Shown here: positions 11,683 to 20,668 of the stretch, in pieces
Layout: each line of letters starts with the position of its first letter
Numbering within the stretch: position 1 is the first letter of the stretch
Source: Minisyncoccota bacterium
GTDB taxonomy: Bacteria; Patescibacteriota; Minisyncoccia; Moranbacterales; UBA1568
Reading direction: 5' to 3'
DNA: 64,000 nucleotides
Assembly: GCA_051306005.1 (NCBI GenBank)
Contig: JBPPMJ010000003.1
Span: 33,764 to 97,763, forward strand
Position numbers and translations under genes: made by a program
Notes under the pieces: generated by a model
What the model saw: the letters and a program-made list of their open reading frames with translations, nothing else
Databases searched by the model: none
What the model was told of the DNA's origin: nothing

Positions 11683-12132
11683 ATGATGATTTTATTAAAT
11701 AATTTCCAAATAAATATGAATAATTTTGAATCTCCCCAAAATAGTGTCGAGGAACCAAGAGAAATTAAGAAACTTAATTTCTATAAAGACACTGCGCGCA
11801 AAACATTGACCGGTGAACTCACTTATGGCGACACGGTGTATGAAGATTTGAGAAAATCTTTAGCGGAAGCCGAGGAAGCGAGTATTGATGTGTCCGCCCT
11901 TAAGGTTGAAGTCGAAGAAATTGTCGCTCAAATTCCTAGAGCTGAAATAAATAATGTGCTAAAGAAAACAGAAGAATTCGTCGAGAGTGGAGATATTGCT
12001 TCTGCAAAATCGTGGCACGCAGATTTGGAGAAAAGAATTAGTTATTGGGAAAGTAAGGGGGTATTGGAAAATGAAGAAATTTTGGCATTCCAAAAGAAGT
12101 GTAATGAAATTGGTTCAAAACTTTATTCATAA
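11683..12132 (+). CDS. hypothetical acidic protein (AT-rich cassette gene 1)
   Basis: 149-aa ORF starting 35 nt inside the left repeat; about 30% GC; no recognisable domain. Confidence 0.4.
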   Translation: MMILLNNFQINMNNFESPQNSVEEPREIKKLNFYKDTARKTLTGELTYGDTVYEDLRKSLAEAEEASIDVSALKVEVEEIVAQIPRAEINNVLKKTEEFVESGDIASAKSWHADLEKRISYWESKGVLENEEILAFQKKCNEIGSKLYS

Positions 12133-12140
12133 AAAGTCTA

Positions 12141-12329
12141 TTGAATTTTTCAATATTTATTATGCAAAATTTACAAACCCCACAAGAACAAGAATTGAAA
12201 CATAAAAATGAAAAGTTGAGATTTCAATTATGGAAAAATTCAGAAAAAGTTAAATTTTATGAATTCTTAAAATGGTCTCTTGAAAATCTAAAAATCAAGA
12301 AAATAAAGGACAGTTTATATGGGAATTGA
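12141..12329 (+). CDS. hypothetical small protein (cassette gene 2)
   Basis: 62-aa ORF between the cassette genes; very AT-rich; could be noncoding. Confidence 0.25.
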   Translation: MNFSIFIMQNLQTPQEQELKHKNEKLRFQLWKNSEKVKFYEFLKWSLENLKIKKIKDSLYGN

Positions 12330-13125
12330 AAATCAAAAACCAAACGATAATGAGATAATAAAACCGACTTCGGAAGGCCAGGCTATTGAATCAGAGTCCC
12401 AAATTGTTGGAGCGGAAAAAGAAAGCCGAGAGCTTGAGTTGTCTCTTGAACAAAGCGAGAAACATGTTGAAAGCCTAGAGCAACAATTTAGCACACCTAC
12501 TAATGTTGAAAATCAAGCCGGAGTCTCTTTAGACCCCAGAATTATTGCCTACTTTAGAGAACAATTAGGACCAGAGGAAACTCTAAACAGATTGCGACAT
12601 CTTGGCCCAGATTGGATACCAAAAATTCAAGACGCAATTTTATCTGGAAAATTAGAAACCGTTGCATATTATATGAGCTTAGCCGATCCTGAAAATAATC
12701 CAGATGCGAATATAACAACGTACGCTGGCAAACGAACAGATTATAAAAATGATAAAGAATGGCTAGCTGCAGTTGATGCGGAAGACAGAGAAAGGATGTC
12801 TCATATCTTATCTTATGGTGCTAAACAAATGAATGTTGTAGAAGATATAAAAAGACGACACGACCCTGAACAAAAATATGGAGAACATTATAAAGGCCCT
12901 AAATTAGACGAGGTTTTAGAAAAACTTGGAATGAATAAAAAAGAAAGTAATGACCCTCAAGAAAAAGCTATCCAAGAAAAATTGCAATCAATACCTGACA
13001 AATTTAGAAAATTAAAATCAGCATTGTCTAGTATGAATCCTGATACTAGAAAAATAATTGTTGACGATAATAGTTTACTAAACGCGACAGAACAAGATTT
13101 TGAAAGGTGGCAAGGTTATCTTTAG
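12319..13125 (+). CDS. hypothetical acidic protein (cassette gene 3)
   Basis: 268-aa ORF ending 17 nt before the right repeat; rich in E, D, K and Q; no recognisable catalytic motif. Confidence 0.45.
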   Translation: MGIENQKPNDNEIIKPTSEGQAIESESQIVGAEKESRELELSLEQSEKHVESLEQQFSTPTNVENQAGVSLDPRIIAYFREQLGPEETLNRLRHLGPDWIPKIQDAILSGKLETVAYYMSLADPENNPDANITTYAGKRTDYKNDKEWLAAVDAEDRERMSHILSYGAKQMNVVEDIKRRHDPEQKYGEHYKGPKLDEVLEKLGMNKKESNDPQEKAIQEKLQSIPDKFRKLKSALSSMNPDTRKIIVDDNSLLNATEQDFERWQGYL

Positions 13126-13142
13126 AAGGAATTTTTTATTGT

Positions 13143-13335
13143 TGCGCGAAACGCCAAAAAAATCCCAGAAGCCCGCACGGATTCCTCCCCAGACCCCTCC
13201 TCCGCGCGGGAAATTCAGTCTCGGTTTTGCCAAATCCAAATCCCCAGAAAATAGTTTTGCTTTGCCGAGTTCGCATTGAAGCCCCGCCACACTGCCCGAA
13301 TATCTTTACAGGCAGAACCCCGAAAAGAAAAATGT
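13143..13335. repeat. right arm of the long inverted repeat (partner of 11437-11648)
   Basis: Reverse complement of the left arm; the perfect 67-bp core is at 13143-13209; similarity decays outward to about 13335. Confidence 0.75.
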
Positions 13336-13524
13336 CCTTTCCATTTTAGAAAAATCCACCCCCGCGAAATACAGAAAAGCAAGAGACATTTTTCTTTTTT
13401 GGGTTGCCGAGTGAAGCGAGGCGGTGGCGAGGCGATTCGTCGAGTGTACGATTTAGTTTTGATTCATCATGCGCTTCGCGCGTGGCACATTGTCAGCGAT
13501 TTTGAAAAGGTTATTGTTCTATTC

Positions 13525-13610
13525 TGGTGCCGGGAGAGAGACTTGAACTCTCATGATATTGCTATCGCGGGATTTTGAGTCCCGTGTGTCTACCATTCCA
13601 CCATCCCGGC
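13525..13610 (-). tRNA. tRNA-Leu (anticodon CAA), type II with a long variable arm; CCA encoded
   Basis: Reverse complement reads GCCGGGA-TG-GTGG-AATGGTAG-ACAC-A-CGGGA-CTCAAAA-TCCCG-(16-nt variable arm)-AGAGT-TCAAGTC-TCTCT-CCCGGC-ACCA. Confidence 0.85.
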
Positions 13611-13802
13611 AATATGCGTCGCCTTTTTTCTAAGCCATAATCATCGACTAGAGCATAAAAACAGCATAGAAAATTGATAATCATTTGTCAATGGACTATA
13701 CTATACAGTAGACAAATGATGATCAACAAGATATGTGCGTTGTTCCGATTGTTTGTGGTAAAGATTTTTTGTTTGTCGTGCATGTTATTCATTGACTGAC
13801 CT

Positions 13803-14594
13803 ATGGCAAAAATTATTGGATTTATCAATCAGAAAGGCGGGGTAGGCAAAACAACCTCGACTATCAATGTTGCACGTTATCTAGCTGAAATGGGCAAGAA
13901 GGTGCTTTTGGTAGACCTTGATCCGCAGGGTAATGCCTCATCAGGATTAGGGATTAATGCACGAGGTCTGGAAAAAAATCTGTATCATGCGATGATTCTT
14001 GGGCTCTCTCCACAGGAAATTATTTTGCGTACGGAAACAGAGGGATTGCATATCATCCCTGCAGCTCAGGATTTGGCGGGTGCCGAAGTGGAGATGGTGC
14101 ACATTGACCGTCGAGAGTTCCGTTTACAGGGTGTGTTACGTCAAGTACGTGCGTATTATGATTATATTCTTATCGATAGTCCACCATCACTCGGTCTTTT
14201 GACCATTAATGGCCTGGTAGCTTGTGATGAGGTGATTGTTCCTGTACAGACAGAATATTATGCATTGGAGGGTTTGAGTCAATTACTCGGAACCATCGAA
14301 TTGGTTCGTGAACATCTCCAACCGGAATTGCGTATCGGAGGCGCACTGTTGACGCTGTATGATCGGCGGAATCGCTTGGCGCGTCAAGTGGTTTCGGAGG
14401 TCCGTGCGCATTTCCCTGGACCAGTTTTTGAAAATGTCATTCCTCGTTCGGTGCGTTTAGCGGAAGCACCAAGTTTTGGTAAATCCATCCTTGATTTCGA
14501 TGCGTTTTCCAAAGGTGCTCGAGCGTATAAGGGGGTAGTACGGGAACTTTTGGAACGTGACGAAAAAGAACGAAAACAGTTGAAAGTTTTATAA
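13803..14594 (+). CDS. parA: ParA/Soj partition ATPase
   Basis: Deviant Walker A NQKGGVGKTT; 263 aa. Confidence 0.9.
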   Translation: MAKIIGFINQKGGVGKTTSTINVARYLAEMGKKVLLVDLDPQGNASSGLGINARGLEKNLYHAMILGLSPQEIILRTETEGLHIIPAAQDLAGAEVEMVHIDRREFRLQGVLRQVRAYYDYILIDSPPSLGLLTINGLVACDEVIVPVQTEYYALEGLSQLLGTIELVREHLQPELRIGGALLTLYDRRNRLARQVVSEVRAHFPGPVFENVIPRSVRLAEAPSFGKSILDFDAFSKGARAYKGVVRELLERDEKERKQLKVL

Positions 14595-14614
14595 TTGTTT
14601 GATTTCTGTATCTT

Positions 14615-15583
14615 ATGGCACAACAGTATGGACTCGGTCGTGGTTTGGCTTCACTCATACCACCAAAGAAACTCGTGGATGATCAGAGTAATTCTTCTCC
14701 TTTTCAAGATGCGGAAACGATCAAGCACCCCGTTTTCTCTCCATCTGCATCGGTCAGTATCCCAACAGCTTCCGTCTCGGTACCTACGACGGTTCTTCCG
14801 CACGTGATCCACGCAAGTGAACTCGAAGTTCCGATTGACAAGATTGTTCCCAATCCACATCAACCACGTATGCATTTTGATGAGGACAAATTAAAGGAAT
14901 TGATGTCATCCATTCAGGAGCATGGAATTTTGCAACCTTTGATTGTGAGTGAAGTGGGGGAGTACTATGAATTGATTGCTGGGGAACGGCGTTTGCAATC
15001 GGCAAAAAAATTGGGCTTGCGGACAGTGCCAGTCGTAGTACGAAGTGTGACGGAACAGCAGAAATTAGAACTTGCTATTATTGAAAATATTCAACGTCAT
15101 AATCTCAATCCGATTGAAGAAGCGAAAGCCTATTTGCGTCTTTTGGATGAATTTGGTTTGCATCAGGAAGCGGTGGCACAAAAGATGGGCAAAAGTCGAA
15201 GTGGAGTGGCAAATACACTGCGTCTTTTGCATTTGCCGGTGGAAATTCAACGCGCAGTCGCATCGGGGAAGATTAGCGAGGGTCATGCCAAGGCATTGCT
15301 TTCCATTGAAAATCCAGAGAAACAGCGAGCTGTGTTTGATTTGATTCTAAAGGAGGAAATGACAGTACGGGAGACGGAAGTCAAGGTGCGGAGTATCGCA
15401 GTCAAGCCCCATGTACGCAGTACGACGCACCTTCATCCGGATGTTGTGGAACGGATGGACCATCTGACACAGATTTTGGGTACAAAAGTCAAAATTACTT
15501 CTTCTGGTAAGGGTGGAAAAATTTTGATCGAATACTACTCACCAGAAGATCTGGATGGGTTATTGCGTCGTTTGGAAAAGTAG
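14615..15583 (+). CDS. parB: ParB/Spo0J partition protein
   Basis: ParB box GERRLQSAKKLGLRTVPVVV; HTH; an N-terminal low-complexity S/V/P insert. Confidence 0.9.
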   Translation: MAQQYGLGRGLASLIPPKKLVDDQSNSSPFQDAETIKHPVFSPSASVSIPTASVSVPTTVLPHVIHASELEVPIDKIVPNPHQPRMHFDEDKLKELMSSIQEHGILQPLIVSEVGEYYELIAGERRLQSAKKLGLRTVPVVVRSVTEQQKLELAIIENIQRHNLNPIEEAKAYLRLLDEFGLHQEAVAQKMGKSRSGVANTLRLLHLPVEIQRAVASGKISEGHAKALLSIENPEKQRAVFDLILKEEMTVRETEVKVRSIAVKPHVRSTTHLHPDVVERMDHLTQILGTKVKITSSGKGGKILIEYYSPEDLDGLLRRLEK

Positions 15584-15635
15584 AGGATAGTTATGTGTGA
15601 AAGTTGTTTTTGACGAGAGATCGCATTTTTTATAT

Positions 15636-16739
15636 TTACAGCAAATTGTTTTTATCTGTTTTTTTGAGTTGTTCCAAAAGCGTTTTGACATTGGCGGAAA
15701 TATCATCACGATGTGCTACAAGCAGGATGTCATCTGTGTCAACAATAATTAAATCTTTGAGACCAATGGTTGCCACGAGCCGTTCTTTCCCGTATATCAA
15801 GATATTTTTACTGTCAAAATCTATATGCTGACCGCGGGAAATCATATGCGTGCCATTTTTTTCTTGAAGGAAAGCGTGTAAGTTACTCCAGCTACCCACA
15901 TCACTCCATCTGAGCGCACTTGGAATGACCAAACGTTGTTCTGCGGAGAGTTTTTCGACGATGAGTGTGTCTATCGGTTCATTGCGTGCGTGTGCATAAA
16001 GCATACTCCGTTTCTCCAGTGATTGATCCAGACTTTCCGTAAGATCGGTGATGACTTGATACAACTCAGGCGTCAACTTGTGAGTCCATTGCGCGAATTG
16101 TCTGGCGGAAAAAATGAAATAGCCTGCGTTCCAGAGGTATTCCCAATTGGAGAGATATTCTTCCGCCGTGACGAGGTCAGGCTTTTCTTTGAACGCATCA
16201 ATATGGAAAATGCGTTTTTCTTCAATGGTGGCAAATTCCTTCCCCATTTTTATATAACCCAGTCCGGTATCTGGATGTGTGGGATTGATACCGACCGTGA
16301 CTAACTTGTCCGGATATTGCATGAGCGTCGTATAGGCGACTCGAAGGGTCGTTTCAAATTCTTCGGGATTTTCGATGGCATGATCCGAGGCGATGGTAGC
16401 CACGATGGCATCGGGATCGATTTTGGCGACCGTCGCGGCGACCAGTGCGATGGCTGGGGCAGTGTTGCGTGGCTGTGGTTCCACTATGAGTCTGGCTGGT
16501 GTTATTTCAGGTAATTGTTCCAAGACAAGTGCCTGGTATTGATCAGTTGTAGAAACGAAAATGTTGTCTTTTGGTACGATGCGCGCCACTCGTTGAAATG
16601 TTTCCTGGATCATCGTTTGTTGTGAAATAAACGCATGGAATTGTTTGGGCATATGCTTGCGTGACAATGGCCAGAGTCGAGTGCCCGATCCTCCGGCCAT
16701 GATGACAGCGTAAGTATGCGCATTATTTTTTGAAGACAT
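15636..16739 (-). CDS. mannose-1-phosphate guanylyltransferase (GDP-mannose pyrophosphorylase)
   Basis: N-terminus AVIMAGGSGTRLWPLSR; 367 aa. Confidence 0.8.
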   Translation of the reverse strand: MSSKNNAHTYAVIMAGGSGTRLWPLSRKHMPKQFHAFISQQTMIQETFQRVARIVPKDNIFVSTTDQYQALVLEQLPEITPARLIVEPQPRNTAPAIALVAATVAKIDPDAIVATIASDHAIENPEEFETTLRVAYTTLMQYPDKLVTVGINPTHPDTGLGYIKMGKEFATIEEKRIFHIDAFKEKPDLVTAEEYLSNWEYLWNAGYFIFSARQFAQWTHKLTPELYQVITDLTESLDQSLEKRSMLYAHARNEPIDTLIVEKLSAEQRLVIPSALRWSDVGSWSNLHAFLQEKNGTHMISRGQHIDFDSKNILIYGKERLVATIGLKDLIIVDTDDILLVAHRDDISANVKTLLEQLKKTDKNNLL

Positions 16740-17013
16740 AAATCGAGTGAGTGTATTATTTTTTTATCAAACATTCCTTTATCATAGTATACGGGGTGTT
16801 TTCTTTTTGAACAATCGTCTAAAGGAACATTTTTTTAGAAACGACAATGAAACAGAGCATCACTATGCAGAGTATTGGATATATTAAGTGCGCCATAAGG
16901 CTTTGCACTGCTTCTTTTAGGTAATATTTTGATATTTTTGAAAAAATACTTTATACTATATTTAAAGTATTTTTAAGGAGGGGTAGTTATTACTTGTAAC
17001 GTATTGATAATGT

Positions 17014-19656
17014 ATGATATCTGAAAAGCCGTCATTTGTGCATTTTAAAGAAAGGATGAATCTGTCGTCATCAACGCAGACTTTGCCAAAAGACACACCG
17101 GTACAAAATACCACTGGTGTACACACCGATTTCAAGGGACCGAATACAATACAAAGGAGTAGCGTCGCAGGCCATCATTCCAAGACCGCGAGTTTTTTAG
17201 AAGGCGTTGTTTCAGTGAGTTTGGTGGCCTTGTTTTTTGGATTACCGTTATTTTTTACTGGCCTCACTTTTCAGGGAATTGTTTTTGAAAAGCAAATATA
17301 TTTTTATTTCTGGCTTTTGATTGGTGTTGTGGCATGGGCATCCAAAGGCATCGTTGTCGGAGAAATGCGTATTCGCCGAACACCATTGGACATACCGCTT
17401 CTCTTGTTTTGGCTCTTTTATGTTGTAACCGCCTTTTTTTCCGTCGATCGCTGGCATAGCTTCTGGGGATCGTTTGGTGATCCGTCACGAGGAGTGATTG
17501 CAGTCACCGCGTTTGTGTTGGTATATTATTTTGTACTTAGTCATTTCAATCCCAAGCGTTTTTATTGGATGTTCTGGTCATTTTTGATGTCGGGTTTTTT
17601 GGTGACCGTATGGAGTTTTTTGGTGGTCATGAAATGGACTTTTCTGCCGGAAGCATTACTGCGTATTGCACCCATGAGCCTCATGGGAAGTATATCTGCA
17701 CTTGGAATATTCCTGGGTTTCTTGATCCCGATTTTCATGCTCGGCACCTTTCTGTTGTGGAAGGTTGATACGCGTGTTTCCAAAAAAATGCGTGCCGTGG
17801 GGGTGACAATAATCTTATTAGGGCTTCTTTTGGCATTATTCTTATTGTTAGCGCTTTACTCATTTGTCTCATGGATCATGGTTATCGGGGGGCTGAGTTT
17901 TTTTCTCGTATATGTTCTGTCACAGGTAGTCCGTCCCGCTGAACAATGGACGTGGGTTCCCATGGCCGTTTTTATTATCGTTTTGGCCTTTCTGATGATT
18001 GGACAAAACAATTTAGTGCGTGTGACACTGCCAGTTGAAGTGGCTCCAAACATCAATCTTTCTTGGAAGATTGCCAAGGATGCCTTGCAGGAAAATTTTC
18101 TGACTGGCACAGGACCGGCAAATTATGGCTATGCTTTCTCTTTGTTTCGTCCGCAAGAATACAATTTAAATTCATTGTATACACTGCGTTTCTATCAGGG
18201 GTCCGGTATGCCTTTTGAAATGCTTTCGACTATCGGCGTTATCGGAACGGTCTTGTTTATGCTACTTTGGCTCTCAGCGCTTTCAGTGGGTTTCTTTTTA
18301 TTGACAAGTGACAGACAGCGAAACAAAGTAGCATCACTCGGTCTTTGGACAGTCAGTGTGATGTTTTTTCTGGCTAGTATGTCGGTGATGATGAATGGAA
18401 CGTTGCTTGCGCTCGGTGTACTACTAACGACACTTGCTCTCGGAGTTCTGTTGTGGGAGAGTGGCACTGAAGAGCGATATATTCAACTGTCTTTCAAGAC
18501 ATCTCCAAAATTCGCCCTTGCGCTTGCTTTCATTTTTATGGTTGTGTCCGCAGGTGTAGCGTTTTTGTTTGTCTTTATGGGGAAAGTTTTTGTGGCAGAT
18601 GTCTCTGTTGGCAAGGCAGTGCGCATGTCTGTGAATGGACCGAGTCTTGATGCAGTCAATGTGTTATCGCGCTCTATCGAAATTTATCCGCAAGAGGGTC
18701 ATTATTATACTCGTTTGGGACAAGAATATATGGCACTTGCCAATATGGAAGCAGGAAAACCCGATGATACACGGGATACAGATGCGGTTGTGGCATATGT
18801 GCGTGAAGCGATTAATGCTGGGGAAATATCTAAGCGAATTATGCCCAATGATGTAATGACTGTGGAATTATTGGGACTTTTGTATGAGAATGCTGGACTG
18901 TATGCGAGTGACGCATTAGCCAGTGCTGAAGTCTTGTATAAACGAGCCTTAGAATTAGAGCCACATAATCCATTGTATTCTTTGAAATTGGGACAAATCA
19001 AAAAATCAGAAGGTGACAAGATGAAGGGTGCGGATCAGAGTACGCGTTATCAAGAGGCAAAAACATTGTTTGAAACTGCTATTGCAGAGAAAAAAGATTT
19101 GTCAGTAGCTCACTATAACCTCTCTGTCGTATTGGCGCGTTTACAAGAAATAGATCAAGCCATCGAAAGTGCGAAAATGGCCGTTTTTCTTGATAGTCAG
19201 AATTTGAATTATCGTTATAACGCTGGTGTGTTGTATCAGTTACGTGCCAAGGAAGGAGATTTGACAGTGGCTGAATCAATATTCAAAGATATCCTCAGCG
19301 TGAATGATAAATTGATTGATGTACGTTTGAGTCTGGGGCTTTTGTATGAGGCACAGAAGAAAAATGATCTCGCCATTGCGGAATATGAAAACATTCTCAC
19401 CAATATCTCTGCAGAAGGAGACGAAGGCACTTTCAGTAAAACTCGTGAACAGATACTGCAGTTTATTGCGAATGTGCGTAATGGTACGGGTAATTTAAAA
19501 CAGGCTAACAATGTTTCTTCTGCGGAAATCACACCTCCTGTTTCGACTCCTGCACCAGCATTGGCACCGGAAACTTCTGCTGTCTCACCAACCAACCAAC
19601 CAGCACCTCCGCTGTTTCCTCCGGCTCCATCGCCATCAGAACCAACAACTCCATAG
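17014..19656 (+). CDS. polytopic membrane protein (O-antigen ligase/Wzy_C-like) with C-terminal TPR repeats and a Pro-rich tail
   Basis: About 12 predicted TM helices in the first 520 aa; TPR-like helical repeats over residues 560-820; C-terminus PAPALAPETSAVSPTNQPAPPLFPPAPSPSEPTTP. Confidence 0.6.
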   Translation: MISEKPSFVHFKERMNLSSSTQTLPKDTPVQNTTGVHTDFKGPNTIQRSSVAGHHSKTASFLEGVVSVSLVALFFGLPLFFTGLTFQGIVFEKQIYFYFWLLIGVVAWASKGIVVGEMRIRRTPLDIPLLLFWLFYVVTAFFSVDRWHSFWGSFGDPSRGVIAVTAFVLVYYFVLSHFNPKRFYWMFWSFLMSGFLVTVWSFLVVMKWTFLPEALLRIAPMSLMGSISALGIFLGFLIPIFMLGTFLLWKVDTRVSKKMRAVGVTIILLGLLLALFLLLALYSFVSWIMVIGGLSFFLVYVLSQVVRPAEQWTWVPMAVFIIVLAFLMIGQNNLVRVTLPVEVAPNINLSWKIAKDALQENFLTGTGPANYGYAFSLFRPQEYNLNSLYTLRFYQGSGMPFEMLSTIGVIGTVLFMLLWLSALSVGFFLLTSDRQRNKVASLGLWTVSVMFFLASMSVMMNGTLLALGVLLTTLALGVLLWESGTEERYIQLSFKTSPKFALALAFIFMVVSAGVAFLFVFMGKVFVADVSVGKAVRMSVNGPSLDAVNVLSRSIEIYPQEGHYYTRLGQEYMALANMEAGKPDDTRDTDAVVAYVREAINAGEISKRIMPNDVMTVELLGLLYENAGLYASDALASAEVLYKRALELEPHNPLYSLKLGQIKKSEGDKMKGADQSTRYQEAKTLFETAIAEKKDLSVAHYNLSVVLARLQEIDQAIESAKMAVFLDSQNLNYRYNAGVLYQLRAKEGDLTVAESIFKDILSVNDKLIDVRLSLGLLYEAQKKNDLAIAEYENILTNISAEGDEGTFSKTREQILQFIANVRNGTGNLKQANNVSSAEITPPVSTPAPALAPETSAVSPTNQPAPPLFPPAPSPSEPTTP

Positions 19657-19892
19657 CAGAGTCGGGCAACACTTCCCGCTGTTCTTTTTTGGGCACCACA
19701 ACACGTAATGTTTGAGTGTTCTATAGTATGTGAAAGATTTGATACCAGAACTCTTGACCGTTTTTGGAAATAAGAGTATGGTAGAATGGTGTTCGAAACG
19801 GTTTGCTTTTTGTTGAAAAATGTTCGGCGAGGAGCGTATTTTTTGGAACACGCCTCAACTTCATACAGGTATGAAGTATCTTTTCTTGATGA

Positions 19893-20570
19893 GTGGGTCT
19901 CCACTCTTTGTTCTTTGCACAATACAGGGGTTTGAAAATGAATTGTTGTGAAAATGCCGTATCAATGGTTGGCGACGAAAGGTCTGCCAGTATCTATGTG
20001 CCCTCTTTTCACATGGGACATCATCCGATTGGATCTGTGCCTATTGCTGACGTGGAAGATCTTGTCCGTACAGGACTCCTGACGGAATGTGATGGGCATC
20101 AGATATACGCTTTACAAGGTAAGGCACTCGGCTTGGTGTGTTCTGATCCAGCAATGCAGGAACACAAGATTCGGATTTTGAATCGCTCGGGTCCTTTGTC
20201 TATCTGGTCATTACCTGGATATGGACTGCGCTTTGATCCACAGGGCATGTTGCCAAATGAAGTGCCAGCACGGATAATGGAAATTCAAAAATTTTTGCAA
20301 GATGTCGGCATTCCACATTTTGGTTTGCGGGCTGTGGTGTTTGGAGCGCATGCTCCCTGTGGTGCTTCTGGGGGAATGACACTCAAAGAGGTATGCCGAT
20401 CTGTGGCGATTGGTGCCAGACATCTCAAACAGGCGTTGTTGAGTGCTGATATGACAAAACACTTCACCGTTTTTCCGACCATTTTTATCAATACGGAGAT
20501 GACGTCTCCTTCTGGTGAAACATCAATTCAATTGTTGTCATGGAAGTACATCAACAAGGGTATCCTGTAG
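19893..20570 (+). CDS. hypothetical protein with beta-carbonic-anhydrase-like zinc-ligand motifs (divergent)
   Basis: LGLVCSDPAM (CxD motif, but the Arg is missing) and VVFGAHAPCGASGG (HxxCG) about 70 residues apart; the true start may be an internal Met (about 20013); the track start codon is GTG. Confidence 0.4.
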   Translation: MGLHSLFFAQYRGLKMNCCENAVSMVGDERSASIYVPSFHMGHHPIGSVPIADVEDLVRTGLLTECDGHQIYALQGKALGLVCSDPAMQEHKIRILNRSGPLSIWSLPGYGLRFDPQGMLPNEVPARIMEIQKFLQDVGIPHFGLRAVVFGAHAPCGASGGMTLKEVCRSVAIGARHLKQALLSADMTKHFTVFPTIFINTEMTSPSGETSIQLLSWKYINKGIL

Positions 20571-20668
20571 CCATTATTGTGGATGAGTGTGTGTTACGCA
20601 CCACTCATCCTTCTTTCGCTTTGTAGTATACATTGTATTGTTTTTATCCATCAATATCTTTATTATTT

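Noticed and set aside
11196-11702. 168-aa plus-strand ORF and overlapping ORFs at 11279-11563 and 11498-11758
   Set aside because: They coincide with the left inverted-repeat arm. Mirror-image pseudo-ORFs occur in the right arm (13107-13349, 13078-13290). The translations are low-complexity and Cys-rich and read like translated repeat DNA.
16973-16983. Strong AGGAGGGG Shine-Dalgarno-like sequence
   Set aside because: It is 35 nt from the nearest plausible start codon (17014), too far to serve as an RBS, and no small ORF follows at proper spacing. It is probably a coincidence.
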